64,000 nucleotides of DNA from Eledone cirrhosa (taxonomy: Eukaryota): assembly GCA_964016885.1 (NCBI GenBank), contig OZ024761.1:29078001-29142000 (forward strand). The letters are read 5' to 3'. A program made the position numbers and the translations under genes. The notes under the pieces were generated by a model. That model worked only from the letters and a program-made list of their open reading frames with translations, was not told the DNA's origin and searched no databases. Within the stretch, counting starts at the first letter, position 1, and each line of letters starts with the position of its first letter. Positions 27,714 to 40,305 of this stretch are shown here, one piece after another.

Positions 27714-27815
27714 ATATATTGTATTTTTACTCCAAAAATGTGTTGAGTGCTTTATATCAGTTATAAAAATATCTGCTTGTTGTATCCCAACAAATTAAAT
27801 ATAATTTCTACATAT
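27714..27815 (+). mobile_element. Family A mini-element 3' fragment
   Basis: ttactccaaaaatgtgttgagtgctttatatcagttataaaaat...tatcccaacaa matches 40652-40730. Confidence 0.75.
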
Positions 27816-27975
27816 ATAGAGAGAGAGATTTTGAGTATATGTTGGTTGTATACCAGCACCTCAGTATGCAGGCTGGAGCACTAGACGAAGTGCGCAGGTT
27901 GGTTTGGTTACTCCGGAGTAATGTAAAATAAAGTTAAATAAAAAGTCAAATGTTTAAAATTTGGCTTCGTTTATT

Positions 27976-28030
27976 ACTGCTATATAAATTTCAGTGACAG
28001 CCATTTTTGGCTGTGACCTCTTCAGGCAGT
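27976..28030 (-). ncRNA. Minimal type I hammerhead ribozyme in PLE 3' region
   Basis: Minus strand actgc-CTGAAGA-ggtcacagcca-aaaa-tggctgtcact-GAAA-tttatata-gcagt. Confidence 0.78.
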
Positions 28031-29216
28031 CCGAATTAGTGTGGTATAGACAAGTACATATGTTGTTGAGGTGTATAATTTTGTCAATACTCTGATATGC
28101 CCAGTTCCTGGTTGGGTTGTTATTTCACTGAGGAACTGGAATCATATGAATTCAAACAAACGAATTTCAGTGTCAAAGGGCCTCTTCTCCTCTCATTGGT
28201 TAGTTGTTAGAACATTCCTCATTCTAAGTGTTGTTATTGTTGGAGTTAGCTTAAATTATTGATAAAGTGGTAGAAGGGACAAGGTGTTAAAGGAACAAAA
28301 TAACAAAAAAAGTGTCAAACTTCCCATTGGTCAGTTCTGAGAGCATTCCTCAGTCAGAAGTCTATAGAATTCTTTCTTGGGTGAGGCTCCCTGTAGTGTT
28401 TGTGTTTGCTATTTGACCTCTACCATTATTTTGGTAGTGTTGTTGGTGTTGTGGTCAGCTTATGTCTTGCTGCTGCTGACAATTTAGAAGGATCTGTGTG
28501 TGTTTTTTCTTCATCCCTCCTGCCACCATCTCTCAGAGTGGTGGTGGGGGGGGGGGGGGGTTCTTCCATTTATATGAAGAAATATAAGGCAATAAATGAA
28601 GTAAACAGAAAATAAATAATATAATTTGTATAATTTGAAAATAAATAGTAAATAGAGAATAAAGAATAAAGAATAAATGAAAAATTGGTGAAAAGGTAAT
28701 GAAAATGAATATGGAGAAGTGAAAAATAAAATGAAGATTCAAATAAAGTAGGATAAAGTGTGTGTGTGCTATAACCAATCTCAAGGTCAGAAATATGTTG
28801 GATAGATTGGTTTGAGAAACAAGATGTTAAAATAAGATAAACAAACAAAATGTGTTATAATCAATCTCAACTTAAAAATAAATATAAGGTGATACAGTGA
28901 AGAGGGCAGAAAACAAATAACAAATTAATAAAGAGAAATCAAGATTTAAAATTGGAACTTGAAAATCAGAAATCAAGTAAATTAAAATGTGTTTGTGTTA
29001 TATAGATGTTGGACAAATTATAATGGCTGTATCCGATTCAATCTCTAGGCTATCATGGTGTCTGCTCAGCCTGGGTTGTTCCCTATGACTTGGGGGAGTT
29101 CACAACCTAGGGTGTTGTTACTGCCCATATAGCTTGAGGGAGGTCAGGCCGAGAGGTGTTTACAGGTTCTGTAGAAGTCCCTATAGCTTGAGGGGAGTTC
29201 ACATCTTCTTGTGTTG

Positions 29217-29890
29217 CTACTGTCCATATATCTTGAGGAAGGTCCTGGCTCTAAGGTGTCTGCATGTCCCGAAGAAGTCGGTTCTGAGGTTTATCAGGCC
29301 GCTTCCACCTCTTAGTATCTCGAGGGTCTCATTTAGGCATAGTTTGCATATGCAAGATCCCCCTTTATCGGGTGGTACTTTCCTGATTATGTACCAGGCC
29401 AGAGAGTACGGGTTCCTGTCCAGCTTAAGCTTCCAGATCAGGTCGGAGAGAGCCGTGCTTTTCCTTTTGGCCTCCTTATTGAATGAATGGCGATGGTTGT
29501 ACCAGCGGTCTTTAAAGCTCGTTGATGTGGCTCCTATGTAGAGGTCTTCGGAGTTGGGGGTTTTAACCCTACAACCGTATACGAGGTTCTTCTTGATGCA
29601 TTCATTACCAAGGGGGCATGATTCGGGGTTTCTGCAGTTGCAGAGGGTGGTCGACCTCTGCGTGCCTAGATTAGGGTTCCAGTTATGTGTTACATGTTGG
29701 TCTTCCCCCAGGCACGGTGGGGGGTCCCCAAGTCTGTTTGGGTTTCTTGGGTGGGCTCTGGGTCCACCTTCCCTCCTTTCACATGGTTCTGCTGAGTGCT
29801 TGTATTGCCATCTTCTGGTTGTGTGTGGTTTTTAAGCCTACTCCTGTTGATGCTAGCTATGTGTGGGGCCAGATTTCTCGTGGTGGAATA
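29217..29890 (-). pseudogene. PLE ORF C-terminus: Cys linker plus GIY-YIG endonuclease (5'-truncated, 1-bp frameshift near 29765)
   Basis: YSTTRNLAPHIASINRSRL / CNCRNPESCPLGNECIKKNLVYGC / LYIGATSTSFKDRWYNHRHSF / CKLCLNETLEILRGGSGLINLRTDFFGTCRH; stop TAG at 29219-29217. Confidence 0.88.
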
Positions 29891-30492
29891 CATAGCTAGC
29901 ATCAACAGGAGTAGGCTTAAAAACCACACACAACCAGAAGATGGCAATACAAGCACTCAGCAGAACCATGTGAAAGGAGGGAAGGGGGGACCCAGAGCCC
30001 ACCCAAGAAACCCAAACAGACCCGGGGACCCCCCACCGTGCCTGGGGGAAGACCAACATGTAACACATAACTGGAACCCTAATCTAGGCACGCAGAGGTC
30101 GACCACCCTCTGCAACTGCAGAAACCCCGAATCATGCCCCCTTGGTAATGAATGCCTCAAGAAGAACCTAGTATACGGTTGTAGGGTTAAAACCCCCAAC
30201 TCCGAACACCTCTACATAGGAGCCACATCAACGAGCTTTAAAGACTACTGGTACAACCATCGCCATTCATTCAATAAGGAGGCCAAAAGGAAAAGCACAG
30301 CTCTCTCCGACCTGATCTGGAAGCTTAAGCTGGACAGGAACCCGTACTCTCTGGCCTGGTACATAATCAGGAAAGTACCACCCGATAAAGGGGGATCTTG
30401 CATATGCTTGAACGAGACCCTCGAGATACTAAGACTTCTTCGGGACATGCAGACACCTTAGAGCCGGGACCTTCCTCAAGATATATGGACAG
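29890..30492 (+). pseudogene. Inverted copy of the PLE GIY-YIG C-terminus
   Basis: ORF 29796-30461: CNCRNPESCPLGNECLKKNLVYGC...LYIGATSTSFKDYWYNH; 9-bp and 32-bp deletions relative to the left arm. Confidence 0.88.
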
Positions 30493-31683
30493 TAGCAACA
30501 CAAGAAGATGTGAACTCCCCTCAAGCTATAGGGACTTCTACAGAACATGTAAACACCTCTCGGCCTGACCTCCCTCAAGCTATATGGGCAGCAACAACAC
30601 CCTAGGTTGTGAACTCCCCCAAGTCATAGGGAACAACCCAGGCTGAGCAGACACCATGATAGCCTAGAGATTGAATCGGATACAGCCATTATAATTTGTC
30701 CAACATCTATATAACACAAACACATTTTAATTTACTTGATTTCTGATGTTCAAGTTCCAATTTTAAATCTTGATTTCTCTTTATTAATTTGTTATTTGTT
30801 TTCTGCCCTCTTCACTGTATCACCTTATATTTATTTTTAAGTTGAGATTGATTATAACACATTTTGTTTGTTTATCTTATTTTAACATCTTGTTTCTCAA
30901 ACCAATCTATCCAACATATTTCTGACCTTGAGATTGGTTATAGCACACACACACTTTATCCTACTTTATTTGAATCTTCATTTTATTTTTCACTTCTCCA
31001 TATTCATTTTCATTACTTTTTCCCCAATTTTTCATTTATTCTTTATTCTTTATTCTCTATTTACTAAATATTTTCAAATTATACAAATTATATTATTTAT
31101 TTTCTGTTTTCTTCATTTATTGCCTTATATTTCTTCATATAAATGGTAGACCCCCCCCCCCCACCACCACCACCACTATGAGAGATGGTGGCAGGAGGGA
31201 TGAAGAAAAAACACACACAGATACTTCTAAATTGTCAGCAGCAGCAAGACATAAGCTGACCACAACACCAACAACACTACCAAAATAATGGTAGATGTCA
31301 AATAGCAAACACAAACATAACAGGGAGCCTCACCCCAGAAAGAATTCTATAGACTTCTGACTGAGGAATGCTCTCAGAACTGACCAATGGGAAGTTTGAC
31401 ACTTTTTTTGTTATTTTGTTCCTTTAGCACCTTGTCCCTTCTACCACTTTAGCAATTTTTTAAGCTAACTCCAACAATAACAACACTTAGAATGAGGAAT
31501 GTTCTAACAACTGACCAATGAGAGGAGAAGAGGCCCTTTGACACTGAAATTCGTTTGTTTGAATTCATATGATTCCAGTTCCTCAGTGAAATAACAACCC
31601 AACCAGGAACTGGGCATATCAGAGTATTGACAAAATTATACACTTCAACAACATATGTACTTGTCTATACCACACTAATTCGG

Positions 31684-31738
31684 ACTGCCTGAAGAGGTCA
31701 CAGCCAAAGATGGCTGTCACTGAAATATATATAGCAGT
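31684..31738 (+). ncRNA. Minimal type I hammerhead ribozyme in PLE 3' region
   Basis: actgc-CTGAAGA-ggtcacagcca-aaga-tggctgtcact-GAAA-tatatata-gcagt. Confidence 0.82.
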
Positions 31739-31813
31739 AATAAACGAAGCTAAATTTTAAACATTTGACTTTTTATTTAACTTTATTTTATATATATATA
31801 TATATACATATAC

Positions 31814-31866
<53 letters not shown>

Positions 31867-31870
<4 letters not shown>

Positions 31871-32003
31871 GTGGGTTGTGTAGATTTTTGTGTAGATTTT
31901 GTGTAATGCCTGCAGTGTATGGTTCAGATCAAGTTACCCTATAAGGAGTTGAGAGGGTGAAGCTAGACTATACTAGAACTTGAGATACGTGAATGCATTT
32001 TAT
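31867..32003 (+). repeat. ~137-bp module duplicated at 46613-46750, upstream of a SINE in both places
   Basis: One visible mismatch between the copies. Confidence 0.9.
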
Positions 32004-32033
32004 ACACACACACACACACACACATATATATAT

Positions 32034-32357
32034 GGAGGCACATGGTTTAGTGCTTAGAGCATTGGGCTTGCAATGGAAAGGTTGTGAGTTCAATTCTCAG
32101 ACCGGGTGATGCGTTGTTTCCTTGAGCAAGACACTTTATTTCACATTGCTCCAGTTTACTCGGCTGTAGAAATGAGATGATAGGGACTGGGGTCCCTATC
32201 ATTCCACTGTAAAGTGGTCGTGGAGGTGCCACGGCAAAAAAGCACCCAGCACTCACTGTAAATGAGGTTGGTGTTAGGAAGGGCATCCAGCTGTAGAAAT
32301 CAAGCCAGAATCAGTTCCCGTCCCAAGCAGGGAAAAGTGGACGTAAAAATGAAATGA
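32034..32357 (+). mobile_element. SINE family 1, full length
   Basis: A box tggtttagtgc, B box gttcaattc, CORE-like body, RTE tail. Confidence 0.92.
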
Positions 32358-32377
32358 AAAAAAAAAAATATATATAT

Positions 32378-32410
<33 letters not shown>

Positions 32411-32417
32411 CATATAT

Positions 32418-32641
32418 GACTGATGGCTGAAGAAGTGCCAGGAAGCCCCAGTGGAGGGAAGACGCAGTAGACCACGAAAAACATGGGCGGAGGTGGTGAG
32501 AGCAGACCTCAGATCACTGAAACTCACCGAGGAGATGACGAAGGACCGTGACAAATGGAGAGATGCTGTGCTGAATAGGATCCGTCCAACCCTTGCAAGC
32601 AGGGAAAGGTGGACGTAAAATGATGATAATGATGATGATGA
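32418..32641 (+). mobile_element. RTE LINE 3' fragment
   Basis: Homologous to 8200-8420. Confidence 0.87.
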
Positions 32642-33909
32642 TATATATATATGAAAATATATATCGTAGATTTGATATTAAGTGAGATAATTATGTGAAA
32701 TAGATTGTTTACTGTGAAAACACAATAGTAAATATAGAGTAAAGATCATCATCATCGTTTAACACCTATCTTCCACACTAGCATGGGTTAGACAGAAATT
32801 GTCTCACTTGAGGCAAGATTTTTAATGTGAAACCTCATTTTGTTCTTAATATATATCCTTGTGATATACACAGATGGAAGAATGAGTACTCAATACCAAC
32901 GTGGAGTCTTGTTGTTCGACAGTTTCACCTGTGTATTCACAGGATCATCAGACAACGTCAACTTTGCCTTTTATTCTTCTGAGGTCAATAAAATAAAGTA
33001 CCAGTCACATACTGGGGTTGATATAATCAACTTTCCCCCTTTCCCCTCAAATTACATACGTATATGAAAGAGCTAAGAGATGGTTATTGGTCAGGGCTGG
33101 AGAGATTTTCACCATAGGTCTGCTGGATGAGAGCTGACCTGTGACCAAACAATGCCACCAACCCCTAGCCTCCCACCAACACCTAGCCTCCCACAAACAC
33201 CCTGGCCCTCACCACATCTAACCTCCCACCAATACGTAGACTCCCACCAACACCTAGCCCACACCACATCTAGCCTGCCACCAACACCAGCCCCACACAA
33301 ATACATAGTCCCCACCAACACCACCTAGCCCCCCCCCCCCCCCCCCCGCCCACTCCATCTCCAAAGTAAACACCATTAGATATATCATTAGATATATGAT
33401 TGCCTAACCTACACTGTCTATTGTTTAATGTTTAGCTAACATCACACAAACAGTAATACACAGGTAATTGAAGGTCGTTAGCAATCTGATGAGTGGGGAG
33501 AAGTGGGGGGGAGGGGGAGATATGGAATGAGAGAGAACGCAAGAGAGAGTGATGAGTGAGAAAGCAAGAGATAGAGAGAGATGAGGGAAAGAAGTGAGGG
33601 AGAATGGGAGAGTGGGAGATAGTGAGAAATGGGGGGGGATAGAGGGAGGTGAGAAAAAGAAGTTAGGATGAGCAAGAGAGAGAGAGAGAGAAGAGAGAGA
33701 GAGGAGAGTGAGGGAGAGAGAGAGAGAGAAATGGGGGAGATAGAGGGGGTAAGGGAAAGAAGTTAGGATGAGCAAGAGAGAGAGGAGAGAGAGAAATGGG
33801 GAGATAGAGGGAAGGTGAGGGAAAGAAGTTAGGGAGAGAGAATGGGGGGGAAAAGGGAAAGGTGTTCAACTTTGGCTACTTTGCAGCTAAAGAAAACAAT
33901 GAAAAAAAA

Positions 33910-34230
33910 AGCAAGGAGCTGATCGTCAGATCAGACCAAGGGACAATGTGTCCATTGGTCTTTCCATTGTTGATATTATCTATCAGTCACAACTCTTGCC
34001 AAAAGAAAGGAGCTGATCGTCAGATCAGACCAAGGAGACAATGTTTCTATTGGTCTGTCCATTACTGATACTATCTGTTGGTCACAACTCCTGGCAAAAG
34101 AAAGGGGTTGATCATCAGGTCAGACCAATGGAAACAATGTTTTCATTAGTCTTTCCATTGCTGATATTATGTCTGTCACAACTCCTGGCAAAAGAGAGGA
34201 GCTGATCATCAGATCAGACGAAGGAAACAA
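33910..34230. repeat. Diverged ~92-bp monomers preceding the homogeneous array
   Basis: aggagctgatc(g/a)tcagatcagaccaagg...gtcacaactcctggcaaaaga, 3-4 copies. Confidence 0.85.
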
Positions 34231-37200
34231 TGTTTCCATTGGTTTTTCCATTGTTGATATTATCTGTCAATCTCAACCCCTGGCAAAAGAGAGGTTTTTC
34301 CATTGTTGATACTGTCTGTTAGTTGTTGTGACTGGCAGAAGGAAGGAGCTGATCATCAAATCAAACCAAGGGAACAATGTTTCCATTGGTTTTTCCATTG
34401 TTGATATTATCTGTCAATCTCAACTCCTGGCAAAAGAGAGGTTTTTCCATTGTTGATACTGTCTGTTAGTTGTTGTGACTGGCAGAAGGAAGGAGCTGAT
34501 CATCAAATCAAACCAAGGGAACAATGTTTCCATTGGTTTTTCCATTGTTGATATTATCTGTCAATCTCAACTCCTGGCAAAAGAGAGGTTTTTCCATTGT
34601 TGATACTGTCTGTTAGTTGTTGTGACTGGCAGAAGGAAGGAGCTGATCATCAAATCAAACCAAGGGAACAATGTTTCCATTGGTTTTTCCATTGTTGATA
34701 TTATCTGTCAATCTCAACTCCTGGCAAAAGAGAGGTTTTTCCATTGTTGATACTGTCTGTTAGTTGTTGTGACTGGCAGAAGGAAGGAGCTGATCATCAA
34801 ATCAAACCAAGGGAACAATGTTTCCATTGGTTTTTCCATTGTTGATATTATCTGTCAATCTCAACTCCTGGCAAAAGAGAGGTTTTTCCATTGTTGATAC
34901 TGTCTGTTAGTTGTTGTGACTGGCAGAAGGAAGGAGCTGATCATCAAATCAAACCAAGGGAACAATGTTTCCATTGGTTTTTCCATTGTTGATATTATCT
35001 GTCAATCTCAACTCCTGGCAAAAGAGAGGTTTTTCCATTGTTGATACTGTCTGTTAGTTGTTGTGACTGGCAGAAGGAAGGAGCTGATCATCAAATCAAA
35101 CCAAGGGAACAATGTTTCCATTGGTTTTTCCATTGTTGATATTATCTGTCAATCTCAACTCCTGGCAAAAGAGAGGTTTTTCCATTGTTGATACTGTCTG
35201 TTAGTTGTTGTGACTGGCAGAAGGAAGGAGCTGATCATCAAATCAAACCAAGGGAACAATGTTTCCATTGGTTTTTCCATTGTTGATATTATCTGTCAAT
35301 CTCAACTCCTGGCAAAAGAGAGGTTTTTCCATTGTTGATACTGTCTGTTAGTTGTTGTGACTGGCAGAAGGAAGGAGCTGATCATCAAATCAAACCAAGG
35401 GAACAATGTTTCCATTGGTTTTTCCATTGTTGATATTATCTGTCAATCTCAACTCCTGGCAAAAGAGAGGTTTTTCCATTGTTGATACTGTCTGTTAGTT
35501 GTTGTGACTGGCAGAAGGAAGGAGCTGATCATCAAATCAAACCAAGGGAACAATGTTTCCATTGGTTTTTCCATTGTTGATATTATCTGTCAATCTCAAC
35601 TCCTGGCAAAAGAGAGGTTTTTCCATTGTTGATACTGTCTGTTAGTTGTTGTGACTGGCAGAAGGAAGGAGCTGATCATCAAATCAAACCAAGGGAACAA
35701 TGTTTCCATTGGTTTTTCCATTGTTGATATTATCTGTCAATCTCAACTCCTGGCAAAAGAGAGGTTTTTCCATTGTTGATACTGTCTGTTAGTTGTTGTG
35801 ACTGGCAGAAGGAAGGAGCTGATCATCAAATCAAACCAAGGGAACAATGTTTCCATTGGTTTTTCCATTGTTGATATTATCTGTCAATCTCAACTCCTGG
35901 CAAAAGAGAGGTTTTTCCATTGTTGATACTGTCTGTTAGTTGTTGTGACTGGCAGAAGGAAGGAGCTGATCATCAAATCAAACCAAGGGAACAATGTTTC
36001 CATTGGTTTTTCCATTGTTGATATTATCTGTCAATCTCAACTCCTGGCAAAAGAGAGGTTTTTCCATTGTTGATACTGTCTGTTAGTTGTTGTGACTGGC
36101 AGAAGGAAGGAGCTGATCATCAAATCAAACCAAGGGAACAATGTTTCCATTGGTTTTTCCATTGTTGATATTATCTGTCAATCTCAACTCCTGGCAAAAG
36201 AGAGGTTTTTCCATTGTTGATACTGTCTGTTAGTTGTTGTGACTGGCAGAAGGAAGGAGCTGATCATCAAATCAAACCAAGGGAACAATGTTTCCATTGG
36301 TTTTTCCATTGTTGATATTATCTGTCAATCTCAACTCCTGGCAAAAGAGAGGTTTTTCCATTGTTGATACTGTCTGTTAGTTGTTGTGACTGGCAGAAGG
36401 AAGGAGCTGATCATCAAATCAAACCAAGGGAACAATGTTTCCATTGGTTTTTCCATTGTTGATATTATCTGTCAATCTCAACTCCTGGCAAAAGAGAGGT
36501 TTTTCCATTGTTGATACTGTCTGTTAGTTGTTGTGACTGGCAGAAGGAAGGAGCTGATCATCAAATCAAACCAAGGGAACAATGTTTCCATTGGTTTTTC
36601 CATTGTTGATATTATCTGTCAATCTCAACTCCTGGCAAAAGAGAGGTTTTTCCATTGTTGATACTGTCTGTTAGTTGTTGTGACTGGCAGAAGGAAGGAG
36701 CTGATCATCAAATCAAACCAAGGGAACAATGTTTCCATTGGTTTTTCCATTGTTGATATTATCTGTCAATCTCAACTCCTGGCAAAAGAGAGGTTTTTCC
36801 ATTGTTGATACTGTCTGTTAGTTGTTGTGACTGGCAGAAGGAAGGAGCTGATCATCAAATCAAACCAAGGGAACAATGTTTCCATTGGTTTTTCCATTGT
36901 TGATATTATCTGTCAATCTCAACTCCTGGCAAAAGAGAGGTTTTTCCATTGTTGATACTGTCTGTTAGTTGTTGTGACTGGCAGAAGGAAGGAGCTGATC
37001 ATCAAATCAAACCAAGGGAACAATGTTTCCATTGGTTTTTCCATTGTTGATATTATCTGTCAATCTCAACTCCTGGCAAAAGAGAGGTTTTTCCATTGTT
37101 GATACTGTCTGTTAGTTGTTGTGACTGGCAGAAGGAAGGAGCTGATCATCAAATCAAACCAAGGGAACAATGTTTCCATTGGTTTTTCCATTGTTGATAT

Positions 37201-38062
37201 TATCTGTCAATCTCAACTCCTGGCAAAAGAGAGGTTTTTCCATTGTTGATACTGTCTGTTAGTTGTTGTGACTGGCAGAAGGAAGGAGCTGATCATCAAA
37301 TCAAACCAAGGGAACAATGTTTCCATTGGTTTTTCCATTGTTGATATTATCTGTCAATCTCAACTCCTGGCAAAAGAGAGGTTTTTCCATTGTTGATACT
37401 GTCTGTTAGTTGTTGTGACTGGCAGAAGGAAGGAGCTGATCATCAAATCAAACCAAGGGAACAATGTTTCCATTGGTTTTTCCATTGTTGATATTATCTG
37501 TCAATCTCAACTCCTGGCAAAAGAGAGGTTTTTCCATTGTTGATACTGTCTGTTAGTTGTTGTGACTGGCAGAAGGAAGGAGCTGATCATCAAATCAAAC
37601 CAAGGGAACAATGTTTCCATTGGTTTTTCCATTGTTGATATTATCTGTCAATCTCAACTCCTGGCAAAAGAGAGGTTTTTCCATTGTTGATACTGTCTGT
37701 TAGTTGTTGTGACTGGCAGAAGGAAGGAGCTGATCATCAAATCAAACCAAGGGAACAATGTTTCCATTGGTTTTTCCATTGTTGATATTATCTGTCAATC
37801 TCAACTCCTGGCAAAAGAGAGGTTTTTCCATTGTTGATACTGTCTGTTAGTTGTTGTGACTGGCAGAAGGAAGGAGCTGATCATCAAATCAAACCAAGGG
37901 AACAATGTTTCCATTGGTTTTTCCATTGTTGATATTATCTGTCAATCTCAACTCCTGGCAAAAGAGAGGTTTTTCCATTGTTGATACTGTCTGTTAGTTG
38001 TTGTGACTGGCAGAAGGAAGGAGCTGATCATCAAATCAAACCAAGGGAACAATGTTTCCATT
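34230..38062. repeat. 147-bp homogeneous satellite, 26 copies
   Basis: ggcagaaggaaggagc at 34334, 34481, 34628 ... 38009, i.e. 25 intervals of 147 bp. Confidence 0.97.
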
Positions 38063-38175
38063 GACCATTCCATTGCTGATACTTTCTGTCAATAAGAAGC
38101 ATGATTTGAAATCAGAACTTGCAGATCCAGATCAAATACCACAAAGCATCAAGTTTGATTATTTAACAATTCTGC

Positions 38176-38640
38176 CACACTCCACCACACCACACCACAC
38201 CACGCCACACCACACACCTCCACTTCACATCGCACACCACCACACATCTTCACACCACGCCCCACCATACCACACACCTCCACACCACACCACACACCTC
38301 CACACCTCCACACCACACACCTCCACACCACACCACACAACACCACACACCTCCACACCACACACACAACACACCACACACCACACCACCACACATCTTC
38401 ACACCACGCCCCACCATACCACACACCTCCACACCACACCACACACCTCCACACCACCACACCACACCACACCACACACCTCCACACCACACACCACACA
38501 CCTCCACACCACACAACACACCACATCACACACCACACACCACACCACACACATCACACCACACACCTTCACACCACACACCTCCACACCACACCACACA
38601 CCATACCACATCACACCACACCACACACCACCACACTTAC
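38176..38640. repeat. (CACAC)n-like low-complexity repeat
   Basis: Direct reading of the sequence. Confidence 0.85.
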
Positions 38641-38949
38641 CTCGACACACACTTATTTAATATCCCCCCGCCACTCAACAGGATTTGAACTCAGAGAGCA
38701 GAGAGTCAAAATAAATACTACACTGTTAATCAACAACTGAGAGGATACTCACCTCTCTCCTCACCCACCCTCTCTTTCTACTGTCCCCCACCCATATTTC
38801 TTCACCCCACCCCTCTCTCTACTGTCCCCACCCCCACTAAATAGTTTCAAACTACACAACATTTTTCAATAGCCTGCTTTCTGTATAATAAACACATACA
38901 TATGTACATACATACATGCACACACACACACAAATATATATACATATAT

Positions 38950-39287
38950 GGAGGCACATGGCTTAGTGGTTAGAGCATTGGCCTTGCAATCGAAAGATTG
39001 TGAGTTCAATTCTCAGACCAGGTGATGTGTTGTTTCCTTGAGCAAGACACTTTATTTCACATTGCTCTAGTTTACTCAGCTGCAGAAATGAGATGATAGG
39101 GACTGGGGTCCATATCACTCCACTGCAAAGTGGACATGTAGGTGCCACGGCAAAAAAGCACCCAGCACTCACTGTAAATGAGGTTGGTGTTAGGAAGGGC
39201 ATCCAGAATCAGTTCCCGTCCCACCTTTGCAAGCAGGGAAAAAGCGGACGTAAAATGAAATGATGAAATGATGAAATGATGAAATGA
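38950..39287 (+). mobile_element. SINE family 1, full length
   Basis: A box tggcttagtgg, B box, CORE-like body, RTE tail. Confidence 0.92.
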
Positions 39288-39628
39288 TATATGTACACAT
39301 GCACACACACACATACATATGTACATACACACATGCACACAAATATATATACATATATATGTACACATGTGCACACACACACATACATATGTACATACAT
39401 ACATGCACACAAAGACACACAAAGACACACAAATATATATACATATATACATATATGCACACACACACATACATATGTACATACATACATGCACACACAG
39501 ACACACAAATATATATACATATATATGTACACATGCGCACACACACACATACATATGTACATACATACATGCACACAAATATATAAATATATTTATATAC
39601 ATATATATATATATATATATATAAGATT

Positions 39629-40248
39629 GTATGTATGTATACGTACATACATATATGTATACAGACGTACAGTAGTATGTATATATATACATACATGCAC
39701 ACATATATATATGCACGTATCGGTTTACCGAACATTTATTATAATGCTCGGTACATACATACTTACATTTAAGTAAGTGGCGTACTAAGAGTGAGAAATG
39801 AAATTTCGTTTCATTCTATTCCATTTATCGTTGAACTCACTCGATATGCAAATTAGGCTGCTCAGCCGTTAATATGCATTAGGAAAGTATATACTTTCAG
39901 ACGTTCAACCATCTGGCAGGAAGGTATATGATGCTGACGATAGCTAATGAGCTTGAAACTAGTACATCGTTCCTGTGTCAGTGTTGAACAAAAAGGTGAC
40001 GTGGTTGCCTAAACACTGTACGGCGTAATTCGGGCTGTTTGTTTGTTTACAAACAAACAAACCGAGCATTGTAGTAAATGTTCGGTAAACAGATACGTGC
40101 ATGTATATATGTGTGCCTGTATGTATATATATACATACTACTGTACGTCTGTATACATATATGTATGTACGTATACATACATACTTACATTTAAGTAACT
40201 GCCGTACTAAGAGTGAGAAATGAAATTTTGTTTCATTCTATTCCATTT
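39629..40248 (+). mobile_element. HHR-bearing PLE/retrozyme-like insertion with structure inv(A)-B-C-A-B
   Basis: 39629-39752 is the reverse complement of 40061-40183; 39753-39828 is a direct repeat of ~40173-40248; HHR in C; (TA)n on both sides. Confidence 0.75.
39930..39968 (+). ncRNA. Minimal type I hammerhead ribozyme
   Basis: gatg-CTGACGA-tagct-aatg-agctt-GAAA-ctagt-a-catc; palindromic stem III (actagt), GUA cleavage triplet. Confidence 0.82.
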
Positions 40249-40305
40249 ATATATATATATATATACGATATTAACAAATGGAAACTATATTTATAAAACC
40301 ATATC

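Larger units (their letters stand above)
27830..31790. mobile_element. Giant palindromic Penelope-like retroelement insertion (minus arm ~27830-29890, plus arm 29890-31790)
   Basis: ~1.9-kb arms are reverse complements with a 27-bp loop at 29863-29889; GIY-YIG remnant, long 3' UTR and HHR in each arm; right end runs into (TA)n. Confidence 0.93.

Noticed and set aside
29796-30461. 221-aa ORF as an intact gene
   Set aside because: Its N-terminus is antisense left-arm sequence read across the palindrome centre; only the C-terminal part is real, and it is a damaged PLE fragment
27830-31790. Palindrome as a sequencing or amplification fold-back artefact
   Set aside because: Arms differ by substitutions and microhomology-flanked deletions and end asymmetrically; read-level confirmation is still desirable
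32034-32110. tRNA gene (A and B boxes)
   Set aside because: Head of a multi-copy SINE; it continues into a CORE-like body and RTE tail
34230-38062. CRISPR-like regular array
   Set aside because: Units are identical with no unique spacers, the context is eukaryotic and there are no cas genes; the same applies to the 48-, 33- and 30-bp arrays
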